This document shows, piece by piece, positions 1 to 6,306 of a stretch of DNA of 37,376 bases. This DNA is from a virus. Each line of letters opens with the position of its first letter. Position 1 is the stretch's first letter. Both the position numbers and the translations under genes were made by a program. The notes beneath the pieces are model-generated. The model worked only from the letters and a program-made list of their open reading frames with translations. It had not been told where the DNA came from and ran no database searches. The stretch lies in IMG/VR virus record IMGVR_UViG_3300045988_112792; one strand, 5' to 3'.

Positions 1-119
1 CTTTTTTTTTGCAAAAATGCGTTTTTAGCTATTGACATTCGCGGCAAAAAGTAGTATAATATAGGCACGGACAAGATAAGCCGCGGGCGCGAAAAAGCGC
101 CGGGCGTGGAGGGTAAGAA
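1..119. repeat. Terminal direct repeat: bases 1-119 are identical to 37258-37376, so the window is one circularly closed or terminally redundant unit of 37,257 bp
   Basis: Compared base for base by eye. Both copies read C T9 GCAAAAATGCGTTTTTAGCTATTGACATTCGCGGCAAAAAGTAGTATAATATAGGCACGGACAAGATAAGCCGCGGGCGCGAAAAAGCGCCGGGCGTGGAGGGTAAGAA. Confidence 0.95.
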
Positions 120-120
120 A
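11..120 (+). promoter_or_regulatory. Promoter-leader cassette copy A
   Basis: -35 TTGACA 32-37, 17-nt spacer, -10 TATAAT 55-60. Conserved ATAGGCACGGACA follows the -10. Leader hairpin 80-105 (GGCGC/GCGCC stem, GAAAAA loop), RBS GGAGGG 108-113, ATG 121. Its upstream terminator lies across the circular junction at 37237-37267. Confidence 0.8.
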
Positions 121-333
121 ATGAAGCAAATTAGTTTGGACAACGGACACAGCTACATGGACGCGAGCGAGGCCATGACGGAGATTATGGAGCGTGGCCT
201 GTGGGAGACGGTCGTGAGCCTGATGGACGACGGTATACGCGAGGCAGTGGCGGACGATATGGCGCCCTGCAGCGAGGAAGAGTTTTTGAAGGAATATCTC
301 GCGCGTGCCAATGACGATTTGGTCGTTGGCTGA
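121..333 (+). CDS. Small, very acidic hypothetical protein (70 aa); cargo of cassette A
   Basis: ORF track 106-333. ATG at 121 sits 7 nt after GGAGGG, and the GTG at 106 overlaps that RBS. By my count about 17 D/E versus 5 K/R. No recognisable motif. Confidence 0.7.
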   Translation: MKQISLDNGHSYMDASEAMTEIMERGLWETVVSLMDDGIREAVADDMAPCSEEEFLKEYLARANDDLVVG

Positions 334-344
334 CGCGCGGCAAC

Positions 345-376
345 AGCAAAGGCCGCCCGAATGGGCGGCCTTTGCT
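345..376 (+). terminator. Strong hairpin downstream of 121-333 (probable intrinsic terminator)
   Basis: AGCAAAGGCCGCCC GAAT GGGCGGCCTTTGCT, a 14-bp perfect stem. The T-tract is weak and partly inside the stem. Confidence 0.6.
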
Positions 377-377
377 A

Positions 378-406
378 TTGCATATACACCGGTATTGTGA
401 TAATAT
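378..406 (+). promoter_or_regulatory. Candidate promoter of the exonuclease gene
   Basis: TTGCAT 378-383, 17-nt spacer, TAATAT 401-406. Shares the 13-mer TGTGATAATATAT (396-408) with the repressor promoter at 33769-33781. Confidence 0.45.
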
Positions 407-437
407 ATCAGTAATGCAATCTTTTTGGAGGGATAAT

Positions 438-1643
438 ATGGGATATATATTGATAGGCATAGTCGCGCTGCTGCTTTTTAGTCCCCTGATACTGCTGATA
501 CATGGTAAAGCGCCGGAACCAGAACCGGAACCAGAGCCGGAACCAGAGCCGGAGCCAGAGCCGGAGCCAGAGCCGGAGCCGGAACCGGAGCCGCCTAAAC
601 CAGCTCCGCCTAAAGTGCCAGCGGCGTTGAGGCAGAATATAATTGACTGTCCGTCCGACTATACCGTAATAGACTTTGAGACTACCGGCCTTGACCCGGT
701 AACGGACGCGATAACCGAGCTGGGCGCGCTGCGCGTGCGCGACAACAAGATTTCCGCTTCGTATCAAACGCTGGTCGATCCGGGTCGCCCGCTGCCAGCG
801 AAGATAGTGGAGCTGACCGGCATTACCGACGATATGCTAAAGGGCCAGCCCAAGCTCGAGGACGTGCTGCCGTTTTTTGTGGATTTTCTGGGCGACGATA
901 TAACGGTAGGGCACAACGTAACGTTTGATCTCAAATTTTTAGCCATGGCGCGCGAAAAGTGCGGTATGCCCAAAAAGGATTATAAGTGGATAGACACCTG
1001 CGCGCCTGCGCGCATAATCTATCCGGACGCGGGAAAGTATAGTCTGGATGCGTTGGCAAAGCACTTAAAACTTGGCGAGCCTCAGCACCGCGCCAATGCC
1101 GACATGCGCGTGACATACGCCATATTTTTAAATGAAATGGCGCAGATTACCAAGTACGACCGCATTTGGCCGATGCTTAAAGTGCAGTATGACGTCGATG
1201 CGCCCGCCGACGCGCGCTCGGCATGGGCGCGCCCGACAGACGAAAAGAGTGCGGATTTAACGCCGCTAAAAAATGAGTTGCGGTGGTGTGACGATTTTGT
1301 GCGCAAATATTATTATACGGATGTGCGCGCGCTGCGCGATGATAAGTGCGACGGCCGAAGCGTGGCGGCGGGCACGTCCTGTATCGTGCTGTACAGCGAC
1401 CTCGATAAGCGCGCAAATATTTTTGACGTCGCCCACCCCGAAAAACCCATAGGCTACCTCCCCCAAAACCGCTTAGCCGACATGGTGTGCGACTATACGC
1501 ACAACGTGGACATGGTGCTGGCGACCGCCGACGCGATAAGCGCGGGCGGCGCGGTAAATATGCTGGAGATGGCCTTTTACATGGATGAGGGTCCCGCCGA
1601 TGACGACGACTTTGACGATGATGACGACTTTTCGGACGATTGA
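438..1643 (+). CDS. Membrane-anchored DEDDh (DnaQ-like) 3'-5' exonuclease with (PE)13 linker, HIRAN-like C-terminal domain and acidic tail
   Basis: RBS GGAGGG 427-432 then ATG 438. N-terminal hydrophobic helix MGYILIGIVALLLFSPLILLIHG. Exo I VIDFETTGL, Exo II GHNVTFDLKFL, Exo III HRANADMRVT. C-terminal segment ...ANIFDVAHPEKPIGYLPQNRLADMV resembles HIRAN. Tail DDDDFDDDDDFSDD. Confidence 0.8.
   Translation: MGYILIGIVALLLFSPLILLIHGKAPEPEPEPEPEPEPEPEPEPEPEPEPEPPKPAPPKVPAALRQNIIDCPSDYTVIDFETTGLDPVTDAITELGALRVRDNKISASYQTLVDPGRPLPAKIVELTGITDDMLKGQPKLEDVLPFFVDFLGDDITVGHNVTFDLKFLAMAREKCGMPKKDYKWIDTCAPARIIYPDAGKYSLDALAKHLKLGEPQHRANADMRVTYAIFLNEMAQITKYDRIWPMLKVQYDVDAPADARSAWARPTDEKSADLTPLKNELRWCDDFVRKYYYTDVRALRDDKCDGRSVAAGTSCIVLYSDLDKRANIFDVAHPEKPIGYLPQNRLADMVCDYTHNVDMVLATADAISAGGAVNMLEMAFYMDEGPADDDDFDDDDDFSDD
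513..590 (+). repeat. In-frame hexanucleotide tandem repeat (CCN GAR)x13 encoding (Pro-Glu)13
   Basis: Read directly: ccg gaa cca gaa ccg gaa cca gag ... ccg gag. Followed by PPKPAPPKVP. Confidence 0.95.
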
Positions 1644-1650
1644 TTCAAAA

Positions 1651-1678
1651 GCGACTGCTAAAAAGCAGCCGCTTTTTT
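1651..1678 (+). terminator. Intrinsic terminator after the exonuclease gene
   Basis: GCGACTGCT AAAA AGCAGCCGC (one mismatch) followed by TTTTTT. Confidence 0.75.
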
Positions 1679-2045
1679 GTGCGCAAAAAGCTTGCGCGCA
1701 AGTCTGCCCCATGCTAAAATATCAGCGTGCGCAAAAAATTAATCGTTTAAGCATCGGCACCGCGCAATATCAAAAACGTTTGCGCCGGGCTTTGCTTTGC
1801 GGTTGATGTAGATTATGCGGCGGCGGACATCCGCATAGGCGTACACATGGGGCTGGTCGGGCGCACTAATCGTGTCATAGTAGTAGCCGCCATATCGCGG
1901 GCGGCTCTTGTCGGATCGCAATAATATCGCCCCCCAGTATACTTGATGGTATATTATATGCCAGTCAAGCATAAAATATACCATGCAGCGGTCATAATGC
2001 AAAATTTTTGCGTTAATGATAATACATAAAAGTAGGTGTAAGAAA

Positions 2046-3200
2046 ATGGCAGTTAAGAAGTACACGACGGCAGAACCCCGATGGCTTGAGCAGTACGGTA
2101 GATGGCAGGTCAACGTCCAAAAGGACGGACGGCGCAAAACCTTTTCGTCGTCCATCGCCGGGCGCAAGGGCAAGGCCGAAGTCATGGCGCGCGCGACAGA
2201 ATGGCTGCAGTCTATGGACGCGGATAACATCCGGCTCTATGCCGCGTGGGATCGGTTTATGGCCGATCAGCAAAAAAACACCGGCAAATCCAACTGGGTC
2301 AAGCATGACAGTCACTGGCGCACTCACATCAAGCCCACTATCCCCGACAAGCGACTGGACAGCGTGACGCCGTTTGAGTGGCAGGCGTGCATCAATCACG
2401 CGGCGCAAAATGGCGCGAGTAAACGCACTTGCATTAACGTGCGCGCGACGATTATTAGATTTAGATCGTTTTGCGAGCTTGAGCGTTTTGCGCATACTAT
2501 ACCGGCCGGTACAGTGCTCAAGGTGCCTAAAAATACTCGATTCAAAAAGCGCATTATCCTCCAGCCCGACGATCTATACCGTCTTTTTACCACGGATCGC
2601 ATTACTAAGACGGTATACGGTACGCATCTGCGTACCACGCCCATATACTATATACATGCGTGGCGATTTTTAGTTGCGACGGGCTTGCGCCCCGGCGAAA
2701 TCATACCCTTGACGCATGATAGTATCGGTAAAGGTGGCATTTTATATATTGACGGCAGCCGCAATATCTTAAACGAGCACACCGACGGCAAAAATCAAAA
2801 CGCAATCCGCAAATTTATATTGACCCCGCTTGCTTTGCGAATACTGGACGATCAGGCTGATATGCTTAAGCAGCGCGGCATAATATCGCCTTACCTTTTC
2901 CCGGCGCCGGATGGCGGTCAGATCATATCATCGCGCCTCACACGGGCATGGTGTGATACGCGCGGCAGTCTGGGCATTAAGTCTCGCATGTACGACCTGC
3001 GTCACACTTATGTCAGCGTTGTCAAGTCCGACGTCCCCGACCCACTTCTGCGCGCGACGGTTGGACATAGCACTAAGATGGACACCTATGCCGTGTATGC
3101 GCATGAGCTGGACGGCGACATGCAGCGTGCCGCCGACATGGCTGAGGTAGCTTTTGATAAGGTTTTAGGTGGTGATATTGCCAATCCAAAAACACGTTAA
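2046..3200 (+). CDS. int: Tyrosine recombinase (phage integrase)
   Basis: RBS AGGTG then ATG 2046 (ORF track 2016-3200). Catalytic signature LRPGEII (Arg), HDLRHTY (His-x-x-Arg), GHSTKMDTYAVYAH (His ... Tyr). Lies directly upstream of a tRNA-like fragment. Confidence 0.9.
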   Translation: MAVKKYTTAEPRWLEQYGRWQVNVQKDGRRKTFSSSIAGRKGKAEVMARATEWLQSMDADNIRLYAAWDRFMADQQKNTGKSNWVKHDSHWRTHIKPTIPDKRLDSVTPFEWQACINHAAQNGASKRTCINVRATIIRFRSFCELERFAHTIPAGTVLKVPKNTRFKKRIILQPDDLYRLFTTDRITKTVYGTHLRTTPIYYIHAWRFLVATGLRPGEIIPLTHDSIGKGGILYIDGSRNILNEHTDGKNQNAIRKFILTPLALRILDDQADMLKQRGIISPYLFPAPDGGQIISSRLTRAWCDTRGSLGIKSRMYDLRHTYVSVVKSDVPDPLLRATVGHSTKMDTYAVYAHELDGDMQRAADMAEVAFDKVLGGDIANPKTR

Positions 3201-3274
3201 AAAACACGTTTGAGTTCCGATACTTGCGTATGCCGTTTGGATATATATACGATTTGCATAAAATGAGCAGTATA

Positions 3275-3316
3275 AAAGCCGCTATTATCTGTGCAAATCA
3301 GATATATAGCGGCTTT
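3275..3316 (-). terminator. Long hairpin immediately 3' of the tRNA-like fragment (terminator-like on the minus strand)
   Basis: AAAGCCGCTAT ... ATAGCGGCTTT arms (3275-3285 / 3306-3316) with inner ATCTG/CAGAT pairing. A short T-run follows on the minus strand. Confidence 0.4.
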
Positions 3317-3319
3317 AAT

Positions 3320-3347
3320 TGGTGGAAGCGAGGGGAGTCGAACCCCT
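3320..3347 (-). other. 3'-terminal fragment of a tRNA or tmRNA (T-arm + acceptor 3' strand + ACCA): candidate attP core
   Basis: Minus strand reads AGGGG TTCGACT CCCCT CGCTTCC A CCA. No matching 5' acceptor strand or anticodon arm upstream, so it is a fragment. U at position 70 and A73 are compatible with tRNA-Ala or tmRNA. Confidence 0.7.
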
Positions 3348-3413
3348 AGCCAAAGCGCCGGAAAGCGTCCAAATGTAGGCACTTCACGGCGCTTTACAAA
3401 ATCCAAAAACCCG

Positions 3414-3455
3414 TCAAAAAACCCATTGATGCTGAAAAACGTCAATGGGTTTTTG
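3414..3455 (-). terminator. Bidirectional intrinsic terminator ending the Cys-repeat gene
   Basis: ACCCATTGA ... TCAATGGGT (3421-3429 / 3442-3450), flanked by an A6 run on one side and a T5 run on the other. Confidence 0.8.
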
Positions 3456-3484
3456 CATGTCGGCCAATGATTAAATTGTGCTGG

Positions 3485-4393
3485 TTAATCGTTGTCTAGC
3501 GTGCAGTTGTCGTCAAGCGTGCAGCCGTCGCCTAGCTCACAGTTGACGCCCAGTTCGCAACAGTCGCCCAGCTCGCAACAACTGCCCAGCTTGCACTCGT
3601 AGCCCAGCGTGCAGTTGTTGCCCAGCTTGCACTCGTCGCCCAGCGTGCAGTGGCTGTATAGCTCGCAACCGTTGCCCAGCGTGCAGTTGTTGCCCAGTTC
3701 GCAGCACATGACCAGTTCGCAACCGCTGCCCAGCGTGCAGCCGTCGCCCAGCTTGCACCCGCCGTATAGCTCGCAACCGCTGCCCAGCGTGCAGTTGTTG
3801 CCCAGCTTGCATCCGCTGCCTAGCCTGCATCTGCTGCCCAACGTGCAGCCGTCGCCGAGCGTGCAATCGCTGCCCAGCGTGCAGTAATTGCTCAGTGCGC
3901 AACACCTACCCAGCGCGCAGTTATAGCCGAGCTCGCAGTAATCGCCCAGTTTGCAACTGCTGCCAAGCGTGCAGCCGTCGCCTAGCTCGCAACTGCCGCC
4001 CAGCGTGCAGCCGTCGCCGAGCGTGCAATCGCTGCCCAGCTCGCAACACCTGTCCAGCGTGCAGTTGTCGCCGAGCGTGCAGCCGTCGCCTAGCTCGCAT
4101 CTGAAGTTCAGCCCGCACCTGCTGCCGAGCGTGCAGCCGTCGCCAAGCTTGCAGCCGTCGCCGAGCGTGCAATCGCTGCCCAGCGTGCAGTTGTCGCCGA
4201 GCGTGCAATCGCTGCCCAGCGTGCAATTGTCGCCGAGCTCGCAGTTGTCGCCCAGCCTGCAATCGTTCGCAAAAATCAGGCGCGCGTTATCGGCGCCAAA
4301 GTCTACTTTTGTCCAATTGCCGCTGGGCAGATGTTTATACCCGCACTCATCGCGCTCGATAGCCTTAAAATCATCCTGCTCGTAACACTTCAT
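3485..4393 (-). CDS. Acidic cysteine-rich hexapeptide-repeat protein (predicted left-handed beta-helix); cargo of cassette D
   Basis: RBS AAGGAG 8 nt before ATG 4393. A 46-aa N-terminal region is followed by 42 uninterrupted LGxxCx hexapeptides (LGDNCT, LGSDCT, LGDGCT ...). About 50 Cys, about 48 D/E versus about 19 K/R by my count. No signal peptide or TM segment. Confidence 0.85.
   Translation of the reverse strand: MKCYEQDDFKAIERDECGYKHLPSGNWTKVDFGADNARLIFANDCRLGDNCELGDNCTLGSDCTLGDNCTLGSDCTLGDGCKLGDGCTLGSRCGLNFRCELGDGCTLGDNCTLDRCCELGSDCTLGDGCTLGGSCELGDGCTLGSSCKLGDYCELGYNCALGRCCALSNYCTLGSDCTLGDGCTLGSRCRLGSGCKLGNNCTLGSGCELYGGCKLGDGCTLGSGCELVMCCELGNNCTLGNGCELYSHCTLGDECKLGNNCTLGYECKLGSCCELGDCCELGVNCELGDGCTLDDNCTLDND
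3500..4255 (-). repeat. Degenerate 18-bp tandem repeat x42 (coding, underlies the hexapeptide array)
   Basis: Units such as CAGCGTGCAGCCGTCGCC / GAGCGTGCAATCGCTGCC recur without interruption. They generate long shadow ORFs in other frames. Confidence 0.9.
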
Positions 4394-4504
4394 GCTTTTT
4401 TCTCCTTGCCCGGCGCTTTCCCGCGCCCGCGGCCTTGACTGTCCGTGCCTATATTATACTACTTTCCGCCGCGATTGTCAATACCAAATCGCACATTTTT
4501 TGCG
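4394..4504 (-). promoter_or_regulatory. Promoter-leader cassette copy D
   Basis: On the minus strand: TTGACA (4476-4481), 17-nt spacer, TATAAT (4453-4458), ATAGGCACGGACA, hairpin GCCGCGGGCGCGGGAAAGCGCCGGGC, then AAGGAG and ATG. Confidence 0.8.
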
Positions 4505-4546
4505 CCAAAATACAAATAATCCCCCTGCCAAAGCAAGGGGATTATT
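4505..4546 (-). terminator. Intrinsic terminator closing the late/post-lysis operon
   Basis: AATAATCCCC ... GGGGATTATT, a 10-bp stem (4515-4524 / 4537-4546). TGTATTTTGG follows on the minus strand. Confidence 0.6.
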
Positions 4547-4560
4547 TGAAGCCGCGCTTA

Positions 4561-4875
4561 TTACCTCCGCTTATAAGCCTCCAGCAGCGCGCGCACGTCG
4601 GCGGTATCTTTGGCCACGTCGCCCAAATCGGCGTCGTACACCATCCGCGCGCCCGGCACCATCGCCGCGTCCATGCCATCGTCGGCCATGCGCGCCATGC
4701 AGTTCTGCGCCATCGACATGCCGCCGTCGTTAAATTTGAGGTGCGCGTCTGCCATGTCGCAGCACCAGTCGGCGGCCTGCCGACTTTTGTCGCGCAGCTC
4801 GTGCGCCTTGGTCGCGTACTTGCGCGCCTCGCGGACGTTTCCGCGCAGCACATCCATTATCCAGCGCATCATCAT
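4561..4875 (-). CDS. Hypothetical protein (104 aa)
   Basis: ORF with ATGA start/stop overlap with the upstream gene. No recognisable motif. Confidence 0.6.
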   Translation of the reverse strand: MMMRWIMDVLRGNVREARKYATKAHELRDKSRQAADWCCDMADAHLKFNDGGMSMAQNCMARMADDGMDAAMVPGARMVYDADLGDVAKDTADVRALLEAYKRR

Positions 4876-5306
4876 GCCAGACGCACCACCCTTACGCTGG
4901 TCAGGTCGGCCGTCGCGCCCGCGCCGCTGGCCTGCAAAGTAAGTGAGTTGACGTTGGCGCAGTTAGGCGCGATGTACCGCGCCGTGCGCGTGCTTATCGC
5001 GTACTGCCCGGCGGCGACGCTTATAGTGCGCAGCGTCTCGGGCAGGGCCACGCCGTTAAGGTATATCTGCACCGTGACAGTACCGGCGGCGGTCGCGGTC
5101 AAGTTAACGTCGCCGTCGATCTGATACGTGCCGCCCGCGCGCACGTTGACCGCCGCGCCGTTAAGCGACAGCGCGCAGCCGGTATCTGTCACGGTCGCGC
5201 CCAGATTAAGCGGCGCGGCAGTCGCAGTCAGCGTCTGCGCCGCGGTATTATACGCCTCCAGCACAGACTTGTAATGTGGGTTTTTTAGGTTGCAGCAGCA
5301 AGCCAT
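4872..5306 (-). CDS. BclA C-terminal-domain-like (C1q/TNF-like jelly-roll) protein
   Basis: Pattern GTYQIDGDVNLTATAAGTVTVQIYLNGVALPE ... SVRVVRLA resembles the BclA/C1q-like C-terminal domain. Unusual MACCCN N-terminus. Confidence 0.45.
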   Translation of the reverse strand: MACCCNLKNPHYKSVLEAYNTAAQTLTATAAPLNLGATVTDTGCALSLNGAAVNVRAGGTYQIDGDVNLTATAAGTVTVQIYLNGVALPETLRTISVAAGQYAISTRTARYIAPNCANVNSLTLQASGAGATADLTSVRVVRLA

Positions 5307-5332
5307 AAGTCATATCCCCTTTCAATAATAAT

Positions 5333-5358
5333 CGCCCGGCGACAAGCGTCGCCGGGCG
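5333..5358 (-). terminator. GC hairpin after 5392-6003 (weak terminator or attenuator)
   Basis: CGCCCGGCGAC AAGC GTCGCCGGGCG, an 11-bp stem. Only a weak ATTATTATT tract follows on the minus strand. Confidence 0.4.
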
Positions 5359-5391
5359 CGCGCTTGTTAAAGCGATGTAGTCGGCTTAGTC

Positions 5392-6003
5392 TTACATGAC
5401 GCCAAAGGCCCCGCCAAAATTGCCGCCGCACTGGCCGCAAGGATTGTACGCGGGCACCGGGTAAGGCCTCAAAGTATTGACGAGGTAGGCGTTTTGCGCG
5501 CACTGGCTCTGGCCAAGCTGCAGCTCGCTTACCTTATCGCGCAGCTGCTGAATCGTGTCGGCCTGCATCAGCGCGCGGGTCTGCTCGCCCTCCGCGTGTA
5601 TCGCGGTGGTTATCGCGCAGGTCTGCCGGTCGGTCTGCGCCGCGAGGTTAGCTATGGCCGTCTGCGTCTTGCAGCAGCAGTCCGCCAGCTGCATCTGAAC
5701 GTTGCGCCCCTCGCCGGTTATGGCATTGTTAAGGGCGTAAGTACTATTGCAGGTGCCGTCGCTTATGCGCTGCAACGCGGAGTTAAGCCCCTGGAACTGC
5801 TGGCCATAAAGTATTTCCTGCTGGCTGGCCGCCATGGCGTACTGGCCGTAATCGCTCTGGCGATTGCCCCACAGGTTGCCGCCGCCCATAAAGACAAAAA
5901 GGAAAAGGATGATAATCCACCATGCGCCGCCGCCGAATCCGTCGTCGCGGTCGCCCTCGGTCGCCGCGCGGATGTCCGCGAGGCTGTAGTTGCTCGCATC
6001 CAT
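5392..6003 (-). CDS. Single-pass membrane protein, unknown function
   Basis: RBS GGAGGG before ATG 6003. TM segment AWWIIILFLFVFMGGG. Cys/Gln-rich ectodomain or cytoplasmic domain. Confidence 0.7.
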   Translation of the reverse strand: MDASNYSLADIRAATEGDRDDGFGGGAWWIIILFLFVFMGGGNLWGNRQSDYGQYAMAASQQEILYGQQFQGLNSALQRISDGTCNSTYALNNAITGEGRNVQMQLADCCCKTQTAIANLAAQTDRQTCAITTAIHAEGEQTRALMQADTIQQLRDKVSELQLGQSQCAQNAYLVNTLRPYPVPAYNPCGQCGGNFGGAFGVM

Positions 6004-6066
6004 AGTAATCCCTCCTATATATGGATATATATATGTATACGCCGAGCGCGCATCGGCGGTATACGC

Positions 6067-6306
6067 TTACTTGAGCAGGCTGCTAAATTCCTTTGCCATC
6101 TCTTTTAGCTCGCTAAACTGCTCTTGCGACATTTGACCTTCGGTCAGCAGTTGCATGACTGCCGCTTTGGGGTCTTTGCCTGACATAAGCTGCTTAAACT
6201 GCTTAAATAGTTTTAACATATTGCCAATGCCGTTACTGCCCGTCGGCATTGTCGGCATTGTCGGCTGAGACGGGCTTTGACCGCCCCCGAACAGATTGCT
6301 GGCCAT
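6067..6306 (-). CDS. Hypothetical protein (79 aa)
   Basis: Strong RBS GGAGG 9 nt before ATG 6306. Overlaps the 3' end of the upstream gene by 74 nt. Confidence 0.6.
   Translation of the reverse strand: MASNLFGGGQSPSQPTMPTMPTGSNGIGNMLKLFKQFKQLMSGKDPKAAVMQLLTEGQMSQEQFSELKEMAKEFSSLLK

Noticed and set aside
513-590. The (CCNGAR)13 repeat as an on/off phase-variation switch
   Set aside because: The unit is 6 nt and in frame, so slippage changes linker length but not reading frame. It may tune spacer length but cannot act as a frameshifting contingency locus.
1739-2230. 163-aa minus-strand ORF (or its 81-aa internal version starting near 1983) between the exonuclease and integrase; weak RRRIIYINRK resemblance to RelE/ParE toxins
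   Set aside because: It overlaps the integrase start and RBS. No Shine-Dalgarno precedes any candidate ATG, there is no partner antitoxin ORF, and the similarity is too weak to support a call. The 1680-2045 region is left as the int upstream/regulatory region. It has a possible TTGCGC-17-TAAAAT promoter at 1692-1720 and a TGGTATAT/ATATACCA inverted repeat near 1957-1993.
3320-3400. Possible complete tRNA gene on the minus strand
   Set aside because: Only the T-arm, acceptor 3' strand and CCA are present. No GGAAGCG/GGGAGCG 5' acceptor strand, D-arm or anticodon arm can be drawn in the upstream 60-90 nt. The upstream AAAGCGCCG/CGGCGCTTT stem does not fit a cloverleaf. It is treated as an attP fragment instead.
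3197-3445. 82-aa minus-strand ORF across the int-attP spacer
   Set aside because: It runs through the tRNA-like fragment and two terminator hairpins. It has no RBS and its composition is implausible.
3500-4255. Regular short repeats that might be mistaken for a CRISPR array
   Set aside because: The period is 18 bp with no unique spacers. The repeats are degenerate, contiguous and in frame within a 302-codon ORF that has an RBS, promoter and terminator. This is a coding hexapeptide repeat.
3537-4385. ORF-track entries 3537-3905, 3609-3887, 3895-4104, 3921-4262 and 3951-4385
   Set aside because: These are alternative-frame and antisense shadows of the 18-bp repeat. Their translations are monotonous (LQAGQRLHA..., SVQPSPS...) and they lack an RBS.
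5494-6108. Long + strand ORFs opposite late genes (for example 5494-6108, 8292-9053, 9443-10054, 15317-16309, 17805-18581, 19741-20337)
   Set aside because: All are antisense to syntenic, RBS-preceded structural or lysis genes. All have Arg/Ala/Leu/His-rich translations characteristic of antisense frames in approx. 60% GC DNA, and none has a Shine-Dalgarno.
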